From NCBI GenBank assembly GCA_963850305.1, contig CAWKKR010000001.1:32001-96000 (forward strand): a stretch of DNA of 64,000 nt, read 5' to 3'. Made by a program: the position numbers and the translations under genes. Origin of the DNA: an uncultured delta proteobacterium (lineage in GTDB: Bacteria; Myxococcota_A; Polyangia; Polyangiales; Polyangiaceae). Positions 44,654 to 54,779 of the stretch are shown here, one piece after another; position 1 is the stretch's first letter; every line of letters begins with the position of its first letter. A model generated the notes under the pieces. The model was given only the letters and a program-made list of their open reading frames with translations. It made no database searches and was not told where the DNA came from.

Positions 44654-46708
44654 ATGTCCACCCTCTCGGCGTTGAGCCGCGTAGTCGCGGGGGGGCTCCT
44701 CGCCGTGTCGGGCGAGTTGGCGTTTTCTCGCGGCGCCCCCGCCCCGGTCTCGGCAACGTCCTTCGCGAACCGGCTCCCGATGCGAGACGAACGGCGCTCC
44801 GACGTCCAATCGTTACGTGACGCCGAACCGCCGCAGCAGGTGGGCGCTGCCTTCGACGACGACCGGAGCATGCCCCTGCACGCCGCGAAAGTCGCTTCGT
44901 ACGTCATCGCCGCGCGCCTCGACGCGCTCGCGCACACCATCGATGGCCACGCGACGCTTTCATGGGTCAACGCGTCGAGCAGACCTGCAACCGAACTTTA
45001 CGTTCACCTCTATCTGAACGCGTTCAAGAATAACCGCACCGTGTTCTTGCGTTCCCCCTTCGGCGCCGGCCGAAGCGGCCAGGGCGCGAGGACGTGGGGA
45101 TTCATCGACGTGAAGAGCTTCGTCATCCGTGAACTCGGGAGTGGCGACCTCTGGCCTCACGGTGCCCATGACGACGACGACCCGAACGACGAAACGGACA
45201 TCCGCGTCCCGCTCCCTAAGCCAATCGAACCCGGCGAGCACATCACGGTCGACTACGCGTGGTCGAGCCAGCTTCCGGAGGTCGTCGAGCGGACAGGGTA
45301 CGTCCGCGACTTTTACATGGTCGGCCAGTGGTTCCCGAAGATCGCTCGACGAGAACCGGATGGCGTATGGGCGCACTTCCCCTTCAATGCGCAGAGCGAA
45401 TTCTACTCGGATTTCGGCAGCTACGACGTCACCCTCGACGTTCCGGCAAACATGATTGTCGGCGCGACCGGTGAACGCGTCGCCGACGACGTCGTCGCCG
45501 ATCGTAGACGCGTTCGCTATCACGCCGATGACGTGCACGACTTCGCGTGGACGGCATGGGCCCGCTTTCGCGAACGCGACCGAACCCTCGACGGTGTCGA
45601 GGTGCGCCTCCTCTACCCGCCCGGCAATGAAGCCAACGCCGACGCCACAGTCCTTGCCGTGGATCACGGGCTCCGTCAGTTCGGTGCCGCGTTCGGTCGC
45701 TATCCATACCCGACTCTGACCGTCGTTCACCCGCCGGTCTGGGCGCCCGCCGCTACCGGCATGGAATATCCGACGCTCATCACGACCGGATTTCCCTGGT
45801 ACACCGCGTTCGTCTCGAGCCTCGTGGAACGTGTGACGCTCCACGAACTGGCGCACCAATGGTTCTACGGCCTCGTCGCGACCGACGAGCATTCGTGGCC
45901 CTTCCTCGACGAGGGCATCACCACGTATGCCGAATCGTCGGCCATGCGAACGCTCTTCGGCGGTGCGAGCGGATTTCGTGCGCCCGGAATCGCCATCGAC
46001 GGCGACACGTACCTGCGGGGGCTTGCCATCGACGCCGGGCACGACGACGTCGTCGCGCGGCCCGCCGCGGACTTCGCGAACTTCGGCGAGCTCGGCGCAC
46101 TCGTGTACGCACGCACGGGCACGATTCTCGAAACGCTGGCCCGGGTGTACGGACGCGACTCCCTACGTCGAGCGATCGGCCGGTATGCGCGGCGTTACCG
46201 CTTCGAACACCCGAACCCGAAACACCTCGTCGCGACGTTGCGAGAGGTGATGGGTGATGAACCCGCCGATTTCCTGAGCTCCGCACTCTTCGAGGGCGGC
46301 ACCGTCGACTTCGTCGCGAAGGATCTGCAATCGCTACCCGCTCGTGACGCGGCCGGAGTCTTCGACGGACCCCGCGGCCGCGAGACGACCGCGCAGCACA
46401 CGCATCCCGACGACTGGGCGTCCCGCGTGCTCGTTTACCGCCACGGGACACTGCGGGTACCGGTGGACGTGGAACTCTTTTTTGCCGACGGTTCCAAGAC
46501 ACGACGTCACTGGGACGGGCAGAGCCGCTTTCAGGCGTTCTCGGCTCGCGGCCGGAGTCCCCTCGTCGCAGCTCAAGTCGATCCGGACCAGCGAGTGCTG
46601 CTAGACGACGACCTCGCGAACAATGCCGTCGGAAAAGGCGCGCGCGCACGTGTCGTCGAACGTTCCCTCTACGCCGCAGAGCTCGCGTTCGGAGCCGTTG
46701 GCCCATGA
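44654..46708 (+). CDS. M1 family metallopeptidase
   Basis: TGMEYPT, HELAHQWF-x-LDEG (HExxH..E), putative signal peptide. Confidence 0.92.
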   Translation: MSTLSALSRVVAGGLLAVSGELAFSRGAPAPVSATSFANRLPMRDERRSDVQSLRDAEPPQQVGAAFDDDRSMPLHAAKVASYVIAARLDALAHTIDGHATLSWVNASSRPATELYVHLYLNAFKNNRTVFLRSPFGAGRSGQGARTWGFIDVKSFVIRELGSGDLWPHGAHDDDDPNDETDIRVPLPKPIEPGEHITVDYAWSSQLPEVVERTGYVRDFYMVGQWFPKIARREPDGVWAHFPFNAQSEFYSDFGSYDVTLDVPANMIVGATGERVADDVVADRRRVRYHADDVHDFAWTAWARFRERDRTLDGVEVRLLYPPGNEANADATVLAVDHGLRQFGAAFGRYPYPTLTVVHPPVWAPAATGMEYPTLITTGFPWYTAFVSSLVERVTLHELAHQWFYGLVATDEHSWPFLDEGITTYAESSAMRTLFGGASGFRAPGIAIDGDTYLRGLAIDAGHDDVVARPAADFANFGELGALVYARTGTILETLARVYGRDSLRRAIGRYARRYRFEHPNPKHLVATLREVMGDEPADFLSSALFEGGTVDFVAKDLQSLPARDAAGVFDGPRGRETTAQHTHPDDWASRVLVYRHGTLRVPVDVELFFADGSKTRRHWDGQSRFQAFSARGRSPLVAAQVDPDQRVLLDDDLANNAVGKGARARVVERSLYAAELAFGAVGP

Positions 46709-47547
46709 AGGCGGCCTTCCGCGCCGAACTGCGTGGAGCGGTCGTGCTCTACGCCTTTCGCTTGCTCGCCGGGTTCCTCGTCGCTTATCCCTTCGCTCGT
46801 ACGCTGACCTCGTTCGGGCCTTCGACCTCGCCGTACGGCGATCGCACGCTCTTTGCGCCTGGCGGATGGTTGCTCCTCGAAGCACTCCGTCTCGGCAGTC
46901 GTGCAGTGACGGCCTCGCTCGAAAGTGCGAGCGTCGCCATCGTGCTCTTGTCGATCGCCGGCCTCTTACCGCTCGCGTTCGTTGTTGGCCTGATTTCAGA
47001 TCCTGGGGCGCGCGGAACGGACCTGGTCAGGCGAGCAACCGAGCGTTTTCCGATCCTGGCGTTCGTCGCGGGGGTGGTCATCCTGGTGCAGGCGCTGGTC
47101 GTCGTCGGCACCTCGGTTCTCCTTGCGCACGCGATCGTACCGCTGGGCACACTCTTCGATGAACCCGGCTCGGATCTTTGTCTCGCGCTCATCGCAGCCT
47201 CCGGGGCTGCAATGGCGCTTGGCGCCGGTGTCCTTCACGACGTCGCCAGCATAGCCGTCGTTCGGAATCGCGCTTCTGCCGGAGAAGCGTTGACGGCGGG
47301 CTTCCGGGCAATGGCCGTCAGACCCAGGTCGATCTTCTTCAGCTGGGGCAGCGCGGTCCTAGCCGCAGCCGCCGCCATCGGCGTTGCCGCGTGGCTCACT
47401 GGACGCATCGACGTCTCGCGCCCGGGAGTACTGCGCATTCTCGGCGTGCTTGCAACACACCAGCTCGCGGCCTTTGCGCTCGCGATCGTCCGCATGCGCT
47501 GGCTCGGCGACGCGGCGCGCGTGCTCGAAGGACCGCTCGGGGTCTGA
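46705..47547 (+). CDS. Hypothetical membrane protein
   Basis: ATGA overlap with the peptidase; about 6 TM helices. Confidence 0.7.
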   Translation: MKAAFRAELRGAVVLYAFRLLAGFLVAYPFARTLTSFGPSTSPYGDRTLFAPGGWLLLEALRLGSRAVTASLESASVAIVLLSIAGLLPLAFVVGLISDPGARGTDLVRRATERFPILAFVAGVVILVQALVVVGTSVLLAHAIVPLGTLFDEPGSDLCLALIAASGAAMALGAGVLHDVASIAVVRNRASAGEALTAGFRAMAVRPRSIFFSWGSAVLAAAAAIGVAAWLTGRIDVSRPGVLRILGVLATHQLAAFALAIVRMRWLGDAARVLEGPLGV

Positions 47548-47561
47548 GTCACGCGAGCGGT

Positions 47562-48977
47562 CTATGTCTTGGCGCGCACCGTCATTGCTTGCTTGTAGAC
47601 CTGGACGTACCGGCGGGCGGGGCGATCCCACGACAAATCGAGCCGCATGACCCGGCGTCGGAGAACGGGCCATTCGGGGGACGCGTATGCCGAGAGGGCG
47701 CGATCGACGGCGCTCGCGACCCCCGACGGAGTGGCGTCCTCGAACAGAAAGCCGGTGCCGGTCTCCAGCGCGGCGTCCGCGTCCACGACCGCGTCCATCT
47801 GGGCTCCCCGGGCGCGGGCCACCGGAAGCGCACCGTACCGCTGAGCCGTCCGCGCGAGCGTTCCCGTTTCGTCGTACGACGCAGGAAGCAGCACGATATC
47901 CGCGGCCGCCGAGACGCGCCGGACGAGCGCCTCGTCCATGGCGCGCTCGATCACCAGACGCTCGCCGAATTCGCCGCGCAGGGCGTCGAGAGCCGAAAGG
48001 GGCCGAGGACTGCGGTTCAAAACGAAGAACGTCAGATCATTCTTGAAGAGTCCCTCTGCAGCTCGCTCAACGAGATCCGCCCCATCTTCATCCTCCACGA
48101 TTGCAGCCACGAGCGGGCGGCTCGTCTCGAGCTCCAGCCCGCGGCTCCGAACGAGCTCCGTCTTCGAGCTCCCCTTGTTCGACGGATCTTCCGCATCGTA
48201 ACGAGACCTCAGTGCGACATCCGTCGACGGATTGAACAGCGCATAGTCGAGCCCGCTCGGAATGCCGACGACCGGTGATGCGAGGCCCGCCGCGACGCGG
48301 CCGAGCGCACCGAAACGCATCGGATCCGAGAGGTCGCTGGCCACTGTCGTCGACACGGTCGTAACGGCGTGCGCCGCCCGTGCCCCGCATGCGAGCAGGC
48401 TGACTCCGCCCGGTTCGCGGCAGCTATCATCGACGTTCTCGAAGGAGAATTGTTCGACCTTCGCTGGCGCCACGACGCCGCGCCTTGAGCCGTCATGAAT
48501 CGTCAGCACCGTCGCGACCGCGTTCGAGGAGCGGAGGACCGCTGCCGCCGCGCCAGCAGCGGGCCAATCGTGGAGGTGAGCCACGTCGAATGGCTCGCGC
48601 TCCGCGCGCTGCTGAACGAGCGCCGCCGACGCCTCGCAGAGAAACGCGAACCGCTCGGCGTTGTCGTCGTAGGACGCCTGCTCACCATAAATGCCGGCGC
48701 GATCGAACAGCGCCGGCGCGTCGAAGAGGACGAGCGACACGCCGGTCGGAAGCTGCGCGTCGTGGACGGTGACGTGTACGTCGTTGCGGAGTTTCAACGG
48801 CGTCAGCCGCCGGGCGGCGAGGAGTCCGCTCGACTCGAAGCCTGGGTAGCGCGGAACCGCAACCGTGACGCGGTGACCGAGCTGGCTGAGCGTCTTGCTC
48901 AGCGCGAACACGGCGTCCCCGGCGCGCGTCGCCCGTGCCTGAGGCGACAGTTCTGGCGTCACCATGAGGATTTCCAT
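47562..48977 (-). CDS. Glycogen/starch synthase-like protein with degenerate active site
   Basis: GT5 layout (ILMVTPELSP, VPRY, DNAERF, HLHDW, LTIH, TTVS, RYGALPV, TGFLF, DLSW) but KTGGL is absent. Confidence 0.85.
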   Translation of the reverse strand: MEILMVTPELSPQARATRAGDAVFALSKTLSQLGHRVTVAVPRYPGFESSGLLAARRLTPLKLRNDVHVTVHDAQLPTGVSLVLFDAPALFDRAGIYGEQASYDDNAERFAFLCEASAALVQQRAEREPFDVAHLHDWPAAGAAAAVLRSSNAVATVLTIHDGSRRGVVAPAKVEQFSFENVDDSCREPGGVSLLACGARAAHAVTTVSTTVASDLSDPMRFGALGRVAAGLASPVVGIPSGLDYALFNPSTDVALRSRYDAEDPSNKGSSKTELVRSRGLELETSRPLVAAIVEDEDGADLVERAAEGLFKNDLTFFVLNRSPRPLSALDALRGEFGERLVIERAMDEALVRRVSAAADIVLLPASYDETGTLARTAQRYGALPVARARGAQMDAVVDADAALETGTGFLFEDATPSGVASAVDRALSAYASPEWPVLRRRVMRLDLSWDRPARRYVQVYKQAMTVRAKT

Positions 48978-49071
48978 CGGGCCTCGTGTACCTCAGCGTC
49001 ACCCCGAGCCGCAACCGAAGCCGCGGGAAACCCCTGGCTACCGCTGAAAAAGCGACTACCCTCCGCGCCTG

Positions 49072-49965
49072 ATGGATGACCTGGTCCACAAGGCCGCGAT
49101 CCTTCACGAAGCCCTCCCCTACATACGGCGGTTCCACGGACGCACGTTCGTGGTGAAATACGGGGGCCACGCAATGATCGATCCCGCGCTGAAGGAGAGC
49201 TTCGCGCGGGACGTCTGCCTCCTGCGCTACGTCGGAATTCAGCTCGTCGTCGTCCACGGCGGCGGCCCGCAGATCGACCTAACGCTCGAGAAGATGGGCA
49301 TAAAGGCGCATTTCTCCGGCGGCCTGCGCGTCACGGACGATGCGACCATGGACGTGGTCGAGATGGTGCTGTCAGGGTCGGTGAATTCCGATCTGGTCGG
49401 ACTCATCTGCAAGCAGGGAGGCCGGGCAATGGGCCTCTCCGGGCGCGACGACGCGTTCCTCCGCGCGAGGCGCATGCCGCAAATCGACGCCCAGGGGGAC
49501 GACGGCGCCAAGGTGAAGGTCGATCTCGGCCGTGTGGGGGAGATCTCGCAGGTCGATCCGAGCTTGGTCAGGAACCTCATTTCGAACGGCTTCGTTCCCG
49601 TCATCGCCCCGGTTGCGATGGACACGGATGGACACGCTCTGAACGTGAACGCGGACTCGGCGGCGGGCCGCATTGCCGAGTCCCTCGGCGCGGCGAAGCT
49701 CATCCTGATGACCGACGTGGACGGGGTGAAGACGAAAGACGGCAGTTTTCTCTCGTCGCTCGGCGCGGCAGAGGCGTCGCGCATGATCGAGGACGGCACG
49801 ATTTCAGGCGGCATGATCCCGAAGGTAGAGTGTGCTCTCGAAGCGGTGTCGAACGGCGTTGAGAAGGTTCACATCATCGATGGGCGGCGCCTCCACGCGA
49901 TGCTGCTCGAGATTTTCACGGACAAGGGCGTCGGAACCGAGATCCACCATCGCTCGGGAGCCTGA
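49072..49965 (+). CDS. argB: Acetylglutamate kinase
   Basis: EALPYI, VVKYGGHAM, VHGGGPQI, NVNAD, GGMIPKV. Confidence 0.96.
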   Translation: MDDLVHKAAILHEALPYIRRFHGRTFVVKYGGHAMIDPALKESFARDVCLLRYVGIQLVVVHGGGPQIDLTLEKMGIKAHFSGGLRVTDDATMDVVEMVLSGSVNSDLVGLICKQGGRAMGLSGRDDAFLRARRMPQIDAQGDDGAKVKVDLGRVGEISQVDPSLVRNLISNGFVPVIAPVAMDTDGHALNVNADSAAGRIAESLGAAKLILMTDVDGVKTKDGSFLSSLGAAEASRMIEDGTISGGMIPKVECALEAVSNGVEKVHIIDGRRLHAMLLEIFTDKGVGTEIHHRSGA

Positions 49966-49969
49966 AACC

Positions 49970-51019
49970 TTGGGGGTCCTGGGTCAGCCCGAGCGCCCCT
50001 GGAAGGCTGCGACGCGTCCCCCGGACGTCGAGGACGCTGCCATCGTCCGGGTATTTCGCGTGCCGCCCGAGGCGGCGGGCACCCGGGTGGACGTGTTTTT
50101 GAGCTCGCAGCTCCGGAACACGAGCCGGACGCGCGCAAAGCGCATCGCCGAGCGCGCCGTATACACGCTCGACGGCCGGAAGCTTCGGGGAAACGATCGG
50201 GTCCGCGTCGACGATCACGTCGCCGTATGGCGGCTTCCGCCCGACGAAGCCGACGACCCTGTTTCCCTCCCCGTCGTCTACGAGGACGAGCACCTGCTCG
50301 CGATCGACAAGCCGCCGATGCTCGCCGTGCACCCGACGGCAAGGCACCACAGGGCGACGGTGATCAAGCTGCTCCAGGCACGATTTCCGGCGCAGTTCTT
50401 CTCGCTCATCCACCGGATCGACCGCGAGACGAGCGGCGTCCTCCTTTGCGGCCGGTCGCCCGCCGCCGACCGAGCCTTCAAGCGGCTCATCGAAGATAGA
50501 TCCATCGCCGCGTCGAAGTCCAACTCGCGCCCCGTGGGTCCGAAAATTCAGAAGACCTATCTAGCGATAACCTGGGGCATTCCCGACTCCGGCATCATCG
50601 ACTTACCCCTCGAGCGCGATCCGACGAACCCGCTTCGCGTGAAGATGCGCGTCGCGAAGGGCGCCCTCGAATCGCGAACGGAGGTCTCCGTTCTCGAAAC
50701 TGCGGACGGCTATGCGCTCGTCTCGTGCGATCTGCTCACGGGACGCCAGCACCAGATCCGCATTCACCTGGCCGAAGCTGGCTGCCCGATCGTCGGTGAC
50801 AAGCTCTACGGACCCGACGAGCGCATGCTCGCGCGGGCCGCCGATCGCGAGCTGACGGCGGAGGACCTGGCGCGCCTCGAGCTACCTAGGCACGCGCTTC
50901 ATGCGCACCGATACCGGCTGCCACATGCCGTCACCGGCGCGCCGTTGGATCTCGTCGCGCCGCTTCCGCCCGATCTCGCCGCATTCTGGCACTCGCGACC
51001 GCAGATTCGCTCGACGTGA
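49970..51019 (+). CDS. RluA/RluD family pseudouridine synthase
   Basis: S4-like N-terminus, DKPP, HRIDRETSG, TGRQHQIRIHL, GDKLYG, ALHA. Start is approximate. Confidence 0.93.
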   Translation: MGVLGQPERPWKAATRPPDVEDAAIVRVFRVPPEAAGTRVDVFLSSQLRNTSRTRAKRIAERAVYTLDGRKLRGNDRVRVDDHVAVWRLPPDEADDPVSLPVVYEDEHLLAIDKPPMLAVHPTARHHRATVIKLLQARFPAQFFSLIHRIDRETSGVLLCGRSPAADRAFKRLIEDRSIAASKSNSRPVGPKIQKTYLAITWGIPDSGIIDLPLERDPTNPLRVKMRVAKGALESRTEVSVLETADGYALVSCDLLTGRQHQIRIHLAEAGCPIVGDKLYGPDERMLARAADRELTAEDLARLELPRHALHAHRYRLPHAVTGAPLDLVAPLPPDLAAFWHSRPQIRST

Positions 51020-51026
51020 ATCGCAC

Positions 51027-51581
51027 TCAGTCGCGAGCAGCGTCGCGCGGCCCGGCATCGGTGCCTCGGCCGCCATGCGGCGCTCGGGCGTCGCCGACCG
51101 CGGCATCTGGCTTCGATGCCCCCCCGCTGTCCGCCTCGCCGCCCTGCGGTCCCGAATCTGGAAGCGCTGCCGGGGCGTCTTCACCAGCGTCCCCGATCGC
51201 GTTCGTTGCGCCGCAGGACGATGCTTCGACCGTGACAACGCAAGGGTGCGTGTCGAAGTCTGCGCAGGCGCTGTAGGAGGAGATCGCCGATACACAGGCG
51301 GCCACGGTCGCGCTCTCCACCTCGCCGCAAGAGGACGAGCCGGCGACTCGCAAATACCCGGGACAAGATACCGCGGAGGCGCTGCATCCGAGTCGAGTCC
51401 GCGCCGCCGTCACGGCGGACAGCAGCGTTCCGCATGCGGCGTCCAGCGAAGTCGTCGCGCCGCCGTCCGACTTGGGTTGCGTGATGCCCACCAGAGGCGG
51501 CACCTCATCTTCGATCTTGGGGTCTTGTACGCATCCCGCCGCCAGAACCAGAGCGCTGAGCGCCGAAAGAATCCGGGACAT
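51027..51581 (-). CDS. Cys-rich hypothetical lipoprotein
   Basis: MSRILSALSALVLAAGC lipobox; several Cys; low-complexity DAG-type tail. Confidence 0.7.
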   Translation of the reverse strand: MSRILSALSALVLAAGCVQDPKIEDEVPPLVGITQPKSDGGATTSLDAACGTLLSAVTAARTRLGCSASAVSCPGYLRVAGSSSCGEVESATVAACVSAISSYSACADFDTHPCVVTVEASSCGATNAIGDAGEDAPAALPDSGPQGGEADSGGASKPDAAVGDARAPHGGRGTDAGPRDAARD

Positions 51582-51772
51582 GGCGCGACATCCTAACACC
51601 GAAGGTGCCCCCCATCGTCCGTCCTCACTCGCTCCCGCTCGCTGCGAGCGGCCGGTTCCCCGCCAGGCCTCGCCCCGAGGCCGGGCCGAGGCGGGGGGAA
51701 CGCCGGCACGCGGGTCGAACGGCGACCCGTTGACGGCCGCCCCCACCGACGATATCCGAAACCCTGGGTCCC

Positions 51773-52348
51773 ATGACGCTTCGCACGGCACTGCTTTCCG
51801 TGTCCGACAAGACCGGCATCGTCGATTTCGCAAGAGGGCTCGAAAAGCTCGGCTTCACGATGCTATCGACCGGCGGCACGTATCGCAGCCTGGTCGACGC
51901 GGGCGTCCGCGTCGGCACCGTGGAGGCCTACACGGGCTCCCCGGAAGTGATGGACGGCCGCGTGAAGACACTCCATCCACGCGTTCATGGCGGACTGCTC
52001 GCCCGCGCCGGTAAGGACGACGCGGACCTCGCGCGGCTCGGCGGCAGCTACATCGACCTCGTCGCCGTGAACCTCTACCCGTTCGAAAAGACGCTGGAGA
52101 AACCGAACGCTACCCGGGCAGAGCTCATCGAGAACATCGATATCGGTGGACCCAGCATGCTCCGCTCCGCGGCGAAAAATCACGACCGCGTCGCCGTGAT
52201 CTGCGATTCCGCGGACTACGCTCTCGTCCTCGAAGAAATCCGTGAAGCCGGCTCCGTCCGCGCCGAGACCCGTCGACGGCTGGCAGGCAAGGTCTTTGCG
52301 CACACGGCAGCGTACGACTCGGCCATCGCGAGCTGGTTGAACGGTTGA
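51773..52348 (+). CDS. purH: IMP cyclohydrolase domain (N-terminal half of PurH only)
   Basis: ALLSVSDKTG, STGGT, GRVKTLHP, VNLYPF, NIDIGGPSMLRSAAKN, HTAAYD, then a stop; no transformylase domain follows. Confidence 0.88.
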   Translation: MTLRTALLSVSDKTGIVDFARGLEKLGFTMLSTGGTYRSLVDAGVRVGTVEAYTGSPEVMDGRVKTLHPRVHGGLLARAGKDDADLARLGGSYIDLVAVNLYPFEKTLEKPNATRAELIENIDIGGPSMLRSAAKNHDRVAVICDSADYALVLEEIREAGSVRAETRRRLAGKVFAHTAAYDSAIASWLNG

Positions 52349-52532
52349 GGTCCTGACCTCGAACTTGCAGTGCTCACGCGCGAGATGGTCCGGTCACGGG
52401 CCGCAATTTTCAGCGCAAAGTTGGCCCCGCGCCGACTCGCATGACATTCCCTGTCGCATCCAACCTCCGCCCCGCGGGCGGGGCCAACGGAGCGGGCGCA
52501 CCCGTGCGCCATCGCTCTAGCAGGAGGACGAC

Positions 52533-52832
52533 GTGAGCGAACGCGAATTGAGAGAGGCTACCGCAAGGGTCCTCCACGCAGACGATGATCGAGGCTCGGG
52601 CGCGTTTTTCGCACCGCCGAAACCGGTGGTCGGCGCGGGAAGCGAAAAGGCCGAAAGTAAGCCCCTTCACTACAAGGTGATTTGCATTTCGATGTACACC
52701 GATGACCTCAAGCGTCTCGACACGATGGTCGAATCGCTGAAGGCTCGCGGACTCACGAAGGCCAACCGAAGCGCGCTCATCCGCTACGCTCTATCCAACG
52801 TCGATCTGGAGCAGGTGCCCAAGGGACTCTGA
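52533..52832 (+). CDS. Small ribbon-helix-helix-like DNA-binding protein
   Basis: RBS AGGAGG; C-terminal [31 protein letters not shown] fits an RHH pattern. Confidence 0.7.
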   Translation: MSERELREATARVLHADDDRGSGAFFAPPKPVVGAGSEKAESKPLHYKVICISMYTDDLKRLDTMVESLKARGLTKANRSALIRYALSNVDLEQVPKGL

Positions 52833-52845
52833 AGCGGCCGCCACC

Positions 52846-53913
52846 TTGACTCCGGCAAGACGCGACTTCGATCCGGTCCGGATTGCGCTCAGGCTCGGTA
52901 TCTCGAGGGAAGCCATCGAGCTCTACGCGACAAGCGACGTGGTCGATCTTCACGCGGATACGTTCATCTGGACCCGGCTGTTCGGGTACGACCTGAACCG
53001 TCGTCACGGTCCCGGACCGCTCGGGGCGCGGTTCATGGGCCAGGTCGACATCCCTAGACTCATCGAAGCCGGTGTCACAGGCGCGACCTGGGTCGTCACC
53101 ACGAACCCCCTGCGCTCAGCGCGCGGGCGCGCAAAGACATTTTTCGAGAACCTCGGGCGTCTGAGGTCACTGCTCCGGCAGTGTCCGGAAAAGGTCGCTC
53201 TCGTACGCAATGCGGCCGAATACCGAGCAGCGCGCGCCGCGGGCAAGCTCGGTGCGTTCATCGGCATCCAGGGCGGAAACGCCCTCGACCACGATCTCGA
53301 CGATTGGGCGAAGATTCCCGAGGATCTCGTCACGCGCGTGACCCTCGTGCACCTATCCCCCTCGAGGATCGGGACGACGAGCTTTCCGGTGCGCGGCCGT
53401 GACGCCGGACTGACGCCGCTCGGGCATGCCGTCGTGGAGCGCCTCAATCAACGACGCATTCTGGTCGACCTTGCGCACGCTTCGAAGAAGACCTTCCAGG
53501 ACGCCGTGGCGTGCCATGATCCCGCGCTCCCTTTCGCCGTAACCCACACTGGTGTTTCCGGCGTCCGTCCTCACTGGCGCAATCTCGACGACGATCAGCT
53601 TCGCGCCGTCGCGAGAGCGGGCGGGACCGTCGGCATCATGTACCACGGCGACTACCTGAGCTCGCGACGCGGCAGGGCTCGAGTGTCCGACATCGCGGAC
53701 CACTTGCAGCACGTCGTGCGCGTGGCGGGGGAAGATCACGCTTCACTCGGCAGCGACTGGGATGGCGCTATCGTGACGCCGAACGACATGCCCACCTGCC
53801 TCGAAGTGCCGCGTCTCGCGCAGATTCTACTCGAACGGCGGTGGAGTGCGGAACGCGTTGGGAAGGTCCTCGGGGGCAACTATCTCCGCGTGTTGACCGC
53901 ACTCCGCGGCTGA
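52846..53913 (+). CDS. Membrane dipeptidase (M19 family)
   Basis: [46 protein letters not shown]. Confidence 0.9.
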   Translation: MTPARRDFDPVRIALRLGISREAIELYATSDVVDLHADTFIWTRLFGYDLNRRHGPGPLGARFMGQVDIPRLIEAGVTGATWVVTTNPLRSARGRAKTFFENLGRLRSLLRQCPEKVALVRNAAEYRAARAAGKLGAFIGIQGGNALDHDLDDWAKIPEDLVTRVTLVHLSPSRIGTTSFPVRGRDAGLTPLGHAVVERLNQRRILVDLAHASKKTFQDAVACHDPALPFAVTHTGVSGVRPHWRNLDDDQLRAVARAGGTVGIMYHGDYLSSRRGRARVSDIADHLQHVVRVAGEDHASLGSDWDGAIVTPNDMPTCLEVPRLAQILLERRWSAERVGKVLGGNYLRVLTALRG

Positions 53914-54597
53914 TCACACCTCAAGCAAATCGGCGTCGACCGACTCGCTCGCCGGCTCTAGGTCGACGTCCTCGACGTCATCGTCGTCGTCGTCCGGGAC
54001 GGGCAGATCAGCCTTCGAGAGCTGGGGCAAGCGTCGCTTTCCAACCGGGCCTTCGTCCACGTATTCACGAAGCGCCTCCATGTCTCGCAGGGCTTCGAGC
54101 TTGGCGAGAGCTTTTACTTCGACCTGTCGAATGCGTTCGCGCGTCAGATTCATGATCGCCCCTACATCCTCTAGAGTGGTTCCGCCGCGATCGGCAACGT
54201 CGAGGGCGCAGGATTCGCCCATGTCCCAGACCTCGAGATCGGGAAAGTTCAACTTGATGGCACCGGTCCGCGGCGAAACGTCGATGAACAGATGATGCTT
54301 GCAGGAAACGAACGGGCACGGACGCGGGCCATCGAGACACTCCTCGCGAGCGCGCGGCTTCCAGTACTCGGTCTCGGGATAGAGCAAGCGCCCGATCTCG
54401 AGCTCCCGCTTGGTCATGCGCTTCACGCTGATCGTGCGAGCACGAACGACGCGCTTTCGTCGCGAACGGCGCTGTTCCCGGGTGATGACTTCTTCGTTCG
54501 AGTCGCTCGAGAGAGCCGTCGCACCCTCCGTCGCGGGCGCAATCGGGCTTTCTGCTAATTCCGCTGCCGCGTCGATCGTTTCCGCAATGTTGGACAT
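53914..54597 (-). CDS. Stand-alone sigma-70 region 4 HTH protein with Cys cluster
   Basis: RBS GGAGG before ATG 54597; C-x6-C-x4-C-x30-C, then [27 protein letters not shown]; acidic tail. Confidence 0.8.
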   Translation of the reverse strand: MSNIAETIDAAAELAESPIAPATEGATALSSDSNEEVITREQRRSRRKRVVRARTISVKRMTKRELEIGRLLYPETEYWKPRAREECLDGPRPCPFVSCKHHLFIDVSPRTGAIKLNFPDLEVWDMGESCALDVADRGGTTLEDVGAIMNLTRERIRQVEVKALAKLEALRDMEALREYVDEGPVGKRRLPQLSKADLPVPDDDDDDVEDVDLEPASESVDADLLEV

Positions 54598-54779
54598 GAT
54601 GGTTGCCTCCACTCGCATTTTCGCCATTCGGTGAGCACACGATCCCCGTCGCGTCCCGAGGGCGTTGCCCCCTCGGCGCCTGATCCATGTTTGATTCGAG
54701 AAGAGAAAGAGGTCCGAACGCCCTCAGGCGCGCGTACGCACCTCCACTGACCGCCGTGCCGCTGAAGACACGTCCGCGC

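Noticed and set aside
51600..51772. ZTP (pfl) riboswitch before purH
   Set aside because: The characteristic GACTGGCG and CGCCTGGGC elements were not found.
53914..54597. WhiB-family assignment for the Cys-cluster protein
   Set aside because: Cys spacing (x6, x4, x30) does not fit WhiB C-xn-C-x2-C-x5-C, and the G[IV]WGG motif is missing.
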